The position numbers and the translations under genes were made by a program. The notes beneath the pieces were generated by a model. The model did not search any database and was not told where the DNA came from. It was given only the letters and a program-made list of their open reading frames with translations. Positions 20,282 through 27,346 of a DNA stretch of 64,000 bases are shown here, piece by piece. The DNA is from a virus (Duplodnaviria > Caudoviricetes). Within the stretch, counting starts at the first letter, position 1. The number at the start of each line of letters is the position of its first letter. Where the stretch lies: positions 15,870-79,869 of IMG/VR virus record IMGVR_UViG_2684623061_000002. The stretch is one strand, 5' to 3'.

Positions 20282-20332
20282 GCGGCGTATCCCTGCCTAA
20301 ATGCGATACCTGGGGTTTGCGATAAGGACCAA

Positions 20333-20989
20333 TCAATCCTTGGTCATGTCGATAAAGCGGATGCCAGTAAATCCATGTCCGCCAAGCGCGTTTCGCGTCA
20401 CCCAGTCGCAGAATACGAAGTCCCCCGAATACGGTGTTCTGAAGACGTGAGCGGCGCCCAGTACGTCACTCTTGAACACCAGATTGACGTTCCCTCCCAG
20501 ACGGTAATACTTGCCGTTGTCGTACTCGTCACTCACAACGACTCGGAGCCTTGAGCGCTCTTCGTCCACGGCGTCCAGTTCGCGAACGACATCGCACAAG
20601 AAGCGTTGAGGCCCAGGTGTTCCGTCAGGTAGCGTGAAGTCGCATGCAACGAATGCAAAGCCTTGGGGATCGACCGTCTCTAGCGCGTTCTTCAACGGCT
20701 CCGAGACAAGCCAATACCCACTCAGGCTGGCCTCAAGATCGCGGGGCATGTCGCCTGCGTCCGGGTCATAAACAAGATGAGGCTTTTCTGGCATCGCCGG
20801 GAACCCACCGCTCTCCGGCCGAATAATTAAGCGGGGCGGGCTCAGCAACTTGTCTTCATTAGCGATCACGACGCCGTGTCCTGGACCCTCGCCACGTATG
20901 TCCGTGTCGATGATGAAGAACTTCCCCTGCTTGGGAACACGCTGCGTATCGGTTTGCATAGCGGCTGCGCTCATCATTACGGTTTCCAT
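20333..20989 (-). CDS. DUF1629/Imm11-like immunity protein
   Basis: YWLVSEPLKNALETVDP, FLCDVVRELDAVDEERS, AHVFR; directly upstream of the effector. Confidence 0.8.
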   Translation of the reverse strand: METVMMSAAAMQTDTQRVPKQGKFFIIDTDIRGEGPGHGVVIANEDKLLSPPRLIIRPESGGFPAMPEKPHLVYDPDAGDMPRDLEASLSGYWLVSEPLKNALETVDPQGFAFVACDFTLPDGTPGPQRFLCDVVRELDAVDEERSRLRVVVSDEYDNGKYYRLGGNVNLVFKSDVLGAAHVFRTPYSGDFVFCDWVTRNALGGHGFTGIRFIDMTKD

Positions 20990-21144
20990 CCTGGATTGCA
21001 GCGAGTATCGCCTATGCGTTGCGCCGCTGGCATAGGATTTTTCCTACGCGAGGGTAAGGGCCACCCTCACGGAACTGTTGATGTGCCAAAGGAGCACAGA
21101 CCTGCGCCTTGTGGCATAGGCGGCAGCCAGCGGCGCTGGCGCGC

Positions 21145-21164
21145 GGTCGAGACCCCGCCACGCC
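21145..21164 (-). other. P2-type cos site
   Basis: Minus-strand GGCGTGGCGGGGTCTCGACC matches the GGCG(A/T)GGCGGGG start of P2-family cohesive ends and lies downstream of the portal. Confidence 0.75.
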
Positions 21165-21366
21165 TTCCCGCTACTTGTGTGCCTTTCGACTCAAATCACT
21201 GAGCCGGGCGCGCGCCCCGCCCGGAATGGCGATAGATGTGCTCGGCGATGGCATTTTTTCGACGCGATTAGACGCACGCAAGGCGGTTTTTTGGCGCTGC
21301 GGCGAGCGCTCTCGATCGGTCGGTGAAATGAGCGGAAATCGCGGCTCTTTCCAGGCCAGGGGAGGG

Positions 21367-21667
21367 GCCATCGGAAAACGGTAACCTCATCGGGAAGGCC
21401 CGTTTTTTACTCGTAAGCCTATGATATTACAACGATTATCAGGTTACCGCTGGGAGGTAATTTTCGGTAACTCGTCCGGTAACCGATGCGTAAGTAATTG
21501 ATTTTAAAGAAGGTGCTAAGGCCGGGAGATTACCTATACCTAGAGGTAATTAATTACCTTCTAGTTACTCTAATGGTTACCGCCGCCCTTCGCTGTAAGT
21601 CATTGTTGATATTAGGAAAAGCAGTTGCACGGAGCCCACGTTACCGATGTTACCGATTTCCGATGGC
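21367..21667. repeat. AT-rich element with 19-bp terminal inverted repeats and about 12 GGTAA(C/T)-type motifs (possible origin)
   Basis: GCCATCGGAAAACGGTAAC and GTTACCGATTTCCGATGGC (18/19 complementary); internal palindrome AGGTAATTAATTACCT. Confidence 0.75.
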
Positions 21668-22142
21668 GCCCCAAATATTCTGGACTCATATAGCTCCGGC
21701 CAAAGTCTGCACAATCTCAGGCTGTAAGACGCTGGCCGCTACGATAGCTTCATGCCTTCTTGTCTTGTTCGATACCGGGTCGTGATCGCGCCGCGTGGCC
21801 CCCGTGGCGCTGATCCTGCGCACGGCGTCGCCGGCACCGCCCAGGTTGATGAGGAATGGGAGCCCGACGAATGGGGCGATCCCGGTCGTTGCATCCGGCG
21901 TCGAACCCTCGTAGAGCTGCGCGGCTGTGATGGTGGGTGCTATCTCGACCGCGCGCAGGGCCGCTCCGGCTTCTGGCGTATTACGTGCGCGAAAGTCGCC
22001 GGTCCGATCCGCTGGGCCGACGTGGCAGGCATCGACATGGACCCGTGTTAGTTGAGCCTGGCAGGCCACTTATGGGAAGGCGAAGGGGGAGTGAGCAATC
22101 GCAAGTGGTCACTTTGGCCATGTCGCTGTGGGCGAACAAATG

Positions 22143-22171
22143 TTGACTCTGAGCGAACATGCGCGTAACGT
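22143..22171 (+). promoter_or_regulatory. Sigma70-type promoter of the retron operon
   Basis: TTGACT, 17-bp spacer, TAACGT. Confidence 0.65.
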
Positions 22172-22177
22172 CCGTCA

Positions 22178-22452
22178 CAGGTTCGTTAGGTGCTAGGAAT
22201 CTCGGGTTTCACATCGGGCATTAGCCTGTGGGGGCGTCACGCTCCTGACCAATGCGGCGTGTCGGTAACAGGTCGAATTTCGATCATGGTCCGAGGGGTC
22301 GATACTAAGACCGTTCCCGAGAGGGGAACGGGGTTGATGATTAGAGGGACACGAAACTTATCTACCTAGTGGTCATAAACATCTTGTTGGAAATCCGAGA
22401 GGGCTTCGCAATTCTGCGGAGTCTTTTCAACAAGGAGTTTTCTGTTTATGAC
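22178..22452 (+). ncRNA. Putative retron ncRNA (msr-msd) / structured leader
   Basis: Nested stems CTAGG/CCTAG, GGGTTTC/GAAACTT, GCATT/AATGC, CGTGTC/GACACG, CCGTTCCC/GGGAACGG, then a long hairpin at 22372-22452; upstream of a retron-type RT; boundaries approximate. Confidence 0.65.
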
Positions 22453-22618
22453 AATCGATTCAAGCGAGCCTGATAAGTCTCTGTCGGTCAAAAAGAACCG
22501 TCGCAACTGGGCAACATTCTTTGTGACGGTCGTTCTCACGGTGTCAAGAGTGGTAAGCGTTGCGCGATTCATCGATGACGCGATCCATACAATCCGCGAG
22601 TGGCTGACTAACCTTTAA
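22448..22618 (+). CDS. Unannotated 56-aa small hydrophobic protein (candidate retron toxic effector)
   Basis: AAGGAG RBS at 22432-22437; MTIDSSEPDKSLSVKKNRRNWATFFVTVVLTVSRVVSVARFIDDAIHTIREWLTNL; shorter than any ORF in the supplied track. Confidence 0.7.
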   Translation: MTIDSSEPDKSLSVKKNRRNWATFFVTVVLTVSRVVSVARFIDDAIHTIREWLTNL

Positions 22619-22643
22619 TTCATCTTTATTTTTGGAGTGCACA

Positions 22644-22958
22644 ATGGATAAATCCCAAATTTCTGAAGCGCTGCGATTGCTACGCTCATATCATGATCTG
22701 AGCCAAATTGATTTGGCGGCTCAGTTGAATATTTCACGCTCCTATCTATCCGAGTTGGAAAGCGGTAAGCGACAGCCGAGCTTGGAACTGCTGAAGAATT
22801 ATTCGCAGCATTTTAATGTGCCACTATCGGCAATTCTTTTGTTTTCTGAGTCGGTTGAATCTGGGGCCGTTGCGGAGCAGGCGCGTAAGGTTTCAACGAA
22901 TGCTGCGCTTAAGTTGTTGAGTTGGGTTGACAGTCATCGACGCGGCAAGGCTGCATGA
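22644..22958 (+). CDS. XRE-family HTH protein (retron accessory)
   Basis: LSQIDLAAQLNISRSYLSELESGKRQPS; GGAG RBS; ATGA overlap with the RT. Confidence 0.92.
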   Translation: MDKSQISEALRLLRSYHDLSQIDLAAQLNISRSYLSELESGKRQPSLELLKNYSQHFNVPLSAILLFSESVESGAVAEQARKVSTNAALKLLSWVDSHRRGKAA

Positions 22959-23890
22959 GCAAAGTTCTTCGCAAGTCCTATCCTGCTGCGCAATCGCCCT
23001 TATTTAGGTTGCGATCGAAGGCAAGGCTTGCGGAGTTGCTTGACGAAACTCCCAGACGGGTTCGAGAACTGATCACAGATAAGAACTACTGTGAATGGTT
23101 CACGAAGGCAAAGTACCCTGATTCCACGCATCCGGCGTTAGTGCACAAACCAAGGGCGATTCAACAGCCTTTGGGGGCGTTGGATATGGCCCAGCGGCGA
23201 TTGAATTCATTATTGTCGCGCATCGAATTGCCGGACTATCTGCACTCTGCGAGAAAGGGTAGGTCTTACCGGACCAACGCCGCTGCTCATTCCTCAGCTG
23301 GCCGGGCTATAAAAGTAGACATTCGCCAGTTCTACAGAAGCATCAACGATAGCTACATCCATGCATTCTTCAGGGATGTAATGGAATGCAGTCCAGACGT
23401 GACGCATATTCTTACAGAGCTAGCATCATTCGAGCGATATCTACCTACCGGAAGTTCATTGAGTCCGATAGTTTCATTTTTCGCCTACTGGCCCATGTTC
23501 GACAAGTTAAACAGCGTGGCGTCTTCAGTAGGTGCACAAATGACCGTGTACGTCGACGATGTAGTCATATCCGGTCCCGGCGTGTCCGGTTCTTTGATCC
23601 CGATTTGCAAGCGCATAATGAAAGATCACGGGCTGCGTGGTCATAAAGTTGCCTATTACCATTCAGGTAAGACTCGCGTGGTCACTGGCGTAGCTGTAAG
23701 TCCCAGAGGTCTTTCGATTCCCAATAAGCGACTGATGAAGATTCGCGCTTTGCGCCAAGAAATGGATGCGGCAGTGGATCCTGCGACTAAAGCGCTTTAC
23801 AAGCAGGCGGTGCTTGGACAGCTTAGGGAGGGCAGCCCGCTTGATCCGTCTTTTAGGACTTATAGTCAGGCGATCGAACGGATGGCGTAG
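22955..23890 (+). CDS. Retron-type reverse transcriptase
   Basis: NAAAH (retron NAxxH), KVDIRQFY, LPTGSSLSP, YVDD, VVTGV (retron VTG); 311 aa with no maturase or endonuclease domain. Confidence 0.92.
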   Translation: MSKVLRKSYPAAQSPLFRLRSKARLAELLDETPRRVRELITDKNYCEWFTKAKYPDSTHPALVHKPRAIQQPLGALDMAQRRLNSLLSRIELPDYLHSARKGRSYRTNAAAHSSAGRAIKVDIRQFYRSINDSYIHAFFRDVMECSPDVTHILTELASFERYLPTGSSLSPIVSFFAYWPMFDKLNSVASSVGAQMTVYVDDVVISGPGVSGSLIPICKRIMKDHGLRGHKVAYYHSGKTRVVTGVAVSPRGLSIPNKRLMKIRALRQEMDAAVDPATKALYKQAVLGQLREGSPLDPSFRTYSQAIERMA

Positions 23891-24039
23891 AGGGCTCGCC
23901 GGACACGTCAGTCCCCAGGTGCCCCAACACCAGCCGCCCCAGCCGCTCCCTTTGCTGGCGAAGGCGGAGGCCCGATCCCAGACTTAAATAGCGAAATCCG
24001 CAACGGTCAGCGCCCGATTACGGTCGAACGAGAAACAAT

Positions 24040-24330
24040 ATGGCTAAAGACACTCGCAAAACATCGAACACTAAAGGCGGCTCGAAATCGAAGTCCGCCG
24101 CCGGGACTGCAATTAAGAGCGATAAATCGGGAGCCTGGATAATTTCGAGCCGGAGTTCTAAGTCCGCGGCTGGGTCAGCATTGACGCAATCTGTTGGATC
24201 GCGGCGTGCGAGTAATGGCGAGTTCGTTCGGTTAGTACTGTCGTTGCCCGGCAAGAGCGGTTTGTCACGCGATAAGGTTGCGAAAGCCATAGACTCAGTT
24301 CAATCGAAGAAATCGAATAAAAAGGGCTGA
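24040..24330 (+). CDS. Small basic K/S-rich protein with SKSAAGSAL-type motifs
   Basis: SKSAAGTAI and SKSAAGSALTQ; ends 6 nt before the next gene. Confidence 0.7.
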   Translation: MAKDTRKTSNTKGGSKSKSAAGTAIKSDKSGAWIISSRSSKSAAGSALTQSVGSRRASNGEFVRLVLSLPGKSGLSRDKVAKAIDSVQSKKSNKKG

Positions 24331-24336
24331 TGCCAA

Positions 24337-24957
24337 ATGAAGACAGACTATGCGGCAAGTGTCTTTATTAATTGCCCATTTGACGCCGAGTACCGCGCGC
24401 TTCTTTTCGCTAAAGTTTTTGCCGTGTTTGATTGCGGCTACTTGCCGCGTTGTTCTCAAGAAATTGAGGATGGCGGCGAGGTTCGGATTGAGAAGATAAG
24501 AAATATTATTCGTGAATGCAAATTCGGCGTACATGATATTTCGAGAATTCAGGTGAATGGTGATCCGCCACTGCCTCGCTTCAATATGCCTTTTGAGTTA
24601 GGTCTCTTTGTCGGCGCCCGAATTTATGGTGGTGGAGACCAGAAGAAGAAAGTATGTTTAATTTTAGATGCTGATAAGTACCGTTATCAAAGGTCTCTGT
24701 CCGATATTGCCGGGCATGATATCCAAGAGCATGGGAATGACCCGGAAATTGTTATTAAGAAAATAAGGAACTGGTTGCAGAATGCCACGCAGAGAAAGAC
24801 CATTCCAGGCGGTCATATTATCGTCCAAAGGTACCGCCAGTTCATGGCTGAGCTTCCGGGTATCTGCGATACCCTAAATCTACAACAAGACACTTTGCTA
24901 TTTAATGAGTTCGCTTTAATCGTAGAGACGTGGCTTAAGAAGAAGGACCCTGATTGA
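24337..24957 (+). CDS. TIR / nucleoside 2-deoxyribosyltransferase-like protein
   Basis: VFINCPFD, RIEKIRNIIRECKFGVHDISR, PRFNMPFELGLF, SDIAGHDI; low GC. Confidence 0.65.
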   Translation: MKTDYAASVFINCPFDAEYRALLFAKVFAVFDCGYLPRCSQEIEDGGEVRIEKIRNIIRECKFGVHDISRIQVNGDPPLPRFNMPFELGLFVGARIYGGGDQKKKVCLILDADKYRYQRSLSDIAGHDIQEHGNDPEIVIKKIRNWLQNATQRKTIPGGHIIVQRYRQFMAELPGICDTLNLQQDTLLFNEFALIVETWLKKKDPD

Positions 24958-25008
24958 TGGTGGCTAGTGCACTCTTTCGTTGCACCAACTAAATAAAAGG
25001 TGACGATC

Positions 25009-25254
25009 ATGGCAAATAAGACCACAGGCTCCAAAGCAGCGACCTCTGCTTCGAACGTGCTGAAATCCAGCAGTACGGGTAAGGCATCCAAAGCGGCAGC
25101 TGGTAGCGCCCTCACTCAAAAAGGTAACGCGCGAGAGACGACGTCCAAAAAGGTGGCGACTCAGGCGTCTAACGTATTGCGCGACGGCCGTACTTCTCCC
25201 GAGTCGAAGAGCGCCGCCGGCAGTGCGCTATCGCAAGCCAAGCGAAAGAAATAG
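25009..25254 (+). CDS. Small basic two-repeat protein (ASNVL...SKxAAGSALxQ twice)
   Basis: Two internal repeats of about 39 aa; AAGGTG RBS. Confidence 0.8.
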   Translation: MANKTTGSKAATSASNVLKSSSTGKASKAAAGSALTQKGNARETTSKKVATQASNVLRDGRTSPESKSAAGSALSQAKRKK

Positions 25255-25294
25255 CTTGCTTTTGCCGGGAAAATTGGGGGGCGTGCAGACACTC

Positions 25295-25350
25295 AATCAA
25301 CCACTTAACTAGATGTGTTCGGTAAAAATACCCGATCTAAGTAGTTGATT
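25295..25350. repeat. Inverted 13-mers next to att (recombination-accessory site candidates)
   Basis: AATCAACCACTTA (25295-25307) and TAAGTAGTTGATT (25338-25350), 12/13 complementary. Confidence 0.55.
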
Positions 25351-25367
25351 TGACAGCTAAGTTCATC

Positions 25368-25415
25368 AGACTTTTAATCTTTTGGTCGAAGGTTCGAATC
25401 CTTCACGACCCACCA
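25368..25415 (+). other. att core: 3' fragment of tRNA-Lys(UUU)
   Basis: Anticodon loop CTTTTAA, T arm GAAGGTTCGAATCCTTC, CGACCCACCA end; no D arm or 5' acceptor strand; adjacent to an integrase. Confidence 0.85.
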
Positions 25416-25423
25416 ATTTTCCA

Positions 25424-25472
25424 GGGGCTTCAGCGAAGCCCCCGTTTCCGCAATTACGGAAACTTTCCGCAA
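25424..25472. other. Hairpin plus repeated TTTCCGCAA motifs (integrase arm-site candidates)
   Basis: GGGGCTTC-AGC-GAAGCCCC; TTTCCGCAA twice with an inverted TTACGGAAA between them. Confidence 0.5.
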
Positions 25473-25473
25473 C

Positions 25474-26508
25474 TCATTTCGTCGGGGTGACCTTGTCGCC
25501 CCTGCGGTTGCGGATGTACTGCTCCGTCATCGTCACGGACGCGTGCCCCAATTGCTTCTGAGCCTGCCGGATGTCGCCGGCGGATTCCGCCTTGTCGGTT
25601 GCCGCCTTCGCGCGCAGGTCGCGCACCTGGAAGGCTGCCTTCGGCACCCCGGCCAGCCTTCGCGCCTTGTCGAAGCGATAGCGAAGCGCGCCAGGGGCGA
25701 GCGGGCGGCCGTCCTCGTCGACTATCAGCCGCGTGTGGTAGACCTCGCATGCGCGCTTCCTGGCCCTGATCCGCTCGATCACCTGCGCCAGCTCCCCTTC
25801 GACCGAAATCCGGCGCCGCTCCCTCGTCTTGCCCTGCTTGAGGTGCAAGAACCCGTCGCGTATGTCGGTGTCGTCGTACTTCCGCGTATCCGCCGGCCGC
25901 TGCCCGCAGAGATAGGCCAGGTCGAGTGCATCGCGTAGCGGCTGGTCTGCCTGCGCGTAGACTGCGGCGAACACGTCGTCCTCGACGTACACGTCCCGGC
26001 CGCGCTCCTCGCTGCCCTGGATGCCCTTGCATGGATTCTCCGCGTCCGTATAGCCCCACTGCCGCGCCTTGTTCCACATGTGCGAGAGCAGCGCCTTCTC
26101 GCGGTTCGCGCGCACCTTGGCCTTGGTGCCGTGCACCGTGCGCCAGTCCAGATACTGAGCGACATGCATCGGCCGCATGCTCGCAAGCGGCGCCGGCGGA
26201 GAGCCAAAGAACTCGCGCAGCTTGGCCAGTTCGCTGAGGTTTGACGTCTGCGTGCTCTCTGCCTTCGTCGGGATCACTTCGCGGGTGTAGCGATCGGCCA
26301 GGTGCGTGAACGTGATGATGTCGGGTACGGAGTGCTGTGCGGATTCCAGTTCAGCCCAACGTCGGACGGCCTCCGCATACACCCTTCCGAGCGAAAGCTC
26401 GCCCGGCTTCTTGGGGCGCTGGTCGTAGAAGTAATATGTGACCTTGCCGCGGACACGCGCAAGCATGCGCGGCGGCAGGTTGTGGAACCTGGATCGCTTC
26501 CGCCCCAT
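25474..26508 (-). CDS. int: Tyrosine recombinase / phage integrase
   Basis: LAYLCGQRPAD, QGKT, RDLRAKAATD, LGHASVTMTEQYIR. Confidence 0.95.
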   Translation of the reverse strand: MGRKRSRFHNLPPRMLARVRGKVTYYFYDQRPKKPGELSLGRVYAEAVRRWAELESAQHSVPDIITFTHLADRYTREVIPTKAESTQTSNLSELAKLREFFGSPPAPLASMRPMHVAQYLDWRTVHGTKAKVRANREKALLSHMWNKARQWGYTDAENPCKGIQGSEERGRDVYVEDDVFAAVYAQADQPLRDALDLAYLCGQRPADTRKYDDTDIRDGFLHLKQGKTRERRRISVEGELAQVIERIRARKRACEVYHTRLIVDEDGRPLAPGALRYRFDKARRLAGVPKAAFQVRDLRAKAATDKAESAGDIRQAQKQLGHASVTMTEQYIRNRRGDKVTPTK

Positions 26509-26510
26509 CG

Positions 26511-26735
26511 TCAGCTCGCCTTAGAAAGAACTCGCGGGGTCCAGGCCTTCGGGTCTTGTGCCGCCGGAGTGCCGTCGACTGCGGAGACCGGCACGACAGG
26601 CCAGCCAGCCGCATTGATCGAATGGCGGATGCCGTTCTGCAACAGGTTGCGGATCTGGCCGGCCTTGGTGTGCGCGCCGGTCAGCTCGGCAACCTCACCG
26701 TGCGAGCCAGGCGTCAGTAACAGTCGTTCTCCCAT
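26511..26735 (-). CDS. DUF4224-like putative excisionase
   Basis: EVAELTG, QIRNLLQNGI, NAAGWPVV; immediately upstream of int. Confidence 0.75.
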   Translation of the reverse strand: MGERLLLTPGSHGEVAELTGAHTKAGQIRNLLQNGIRHSINAAGWPVVPVSAVDGTPAAQDPKAWTPRVLSKAS

Positions 26736-27346
26736 CACCCCTCCCCGCGCCGAGCGCTGGTGTCCAACCGCTTGAACTCGACCGCCCACACCCAGGGGTT
26801 CGCGTCCCAGTCGCCGCCGGTGCTGGCCCACAGCCGTCGGAAGCGCTCGCGCGCGTAGCCGGCAACGCTGGTGTTGGTGCGATCTACGCCCTCGGCCCCA
26901 GCGTCGGCGTCGCTGATGCCCTGCAGCCGCTCGACGCGCACGCCGGTGACTTCCAGCACGATGCGGCAGGCCCAGCGCGGCATGTGGATGGCAGGCCGGC
27001 GGCGGTCAGATAGGTGCCACCATCGGGCTTTGTCCGGCTCGCCGTCAGCCACATACCACAGTGGCTTGTTCCCGAATTTCGTCGGTGGCAGTTCGTCGTA
27101 TCCGCGCGATGCGATGAAGGTCTCTCGCACCCACAGCCGGTCGCCGGGCTGTCCGTAGGGGCAGGCGGCGACCGCATCAGGATCGGCAATGTGCCATTGC
27201 TTTGCCGCGCCGCGCTGAACGCGTCCGGCCATGTTGAGTTTCACCAGGCGCCGCGTCTGCGTCTTGGTGCCGTTGAGGATCGCGCGCACCATCGGCGCGC
27301 TGAAGAGGATCGGGCGCTCGCGAGCACTGGTGTTCGTGGTCTTCAT
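26735..27346 (-). CDS. ASCH/PUA-like phage protein
   Basis: ERPILFSAPMVRAILNGTKTQTRR, CPYGQPGDRLWVRETF, WDANPWVWAVEF. Confidence 0.85.
   Translation of the reverse strand: MKTTNTSARERPILFSAPMVRAILNGTKTQTRRLVKLNMAGRVQRGAAKQWHIADPDAVAACPYGQPGDRLWVRETFIASRGYDELPPTKFGNKPLWYVADGEPDKARWWHLSDRRRPAIHMPRWACRIVLEVTGVRVERLQGISDADAGAEGVDRTNTSVAGYARERFRRLWASTGGDWDANPWVWAVEFKRLDTSARRGEG

Larger units (their letters stand above)
1..25415. mobile_element. P2-like prophage, right portion (left end with int, replication and remaining tail genes lies outside the window)
   Basis: Gene order H-I-J ... S-R-lysis-X-L-M-N-O with divergent P-Q, then a cos-like site, ending at a tRNA 3' fragment. Confidence 0.9.

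Noticed and set aside
21752-22051. 99-aa ORF between the repeat element and the retron promoter
   Set aside because: No clear RBS or family; may be a gene remnant, not enough support to call
22366-22572. Minus-strand 68-aa ORF over the retron leader
   Set aside because: Shadow of the plus-strand 56-aa ORF, which has the RBS and operon context
22955-23890. RT as a group II intron or DGR component
   Set aside because: Has retron NAxxH and VTG motifs; no maturase domain, and no TR/VR repeat pair or avd gene seen
25340-25415. Intact tRNA-Lys gene
   Set aside because: 5' acceptor strand and D arm are missing; treated as an att core
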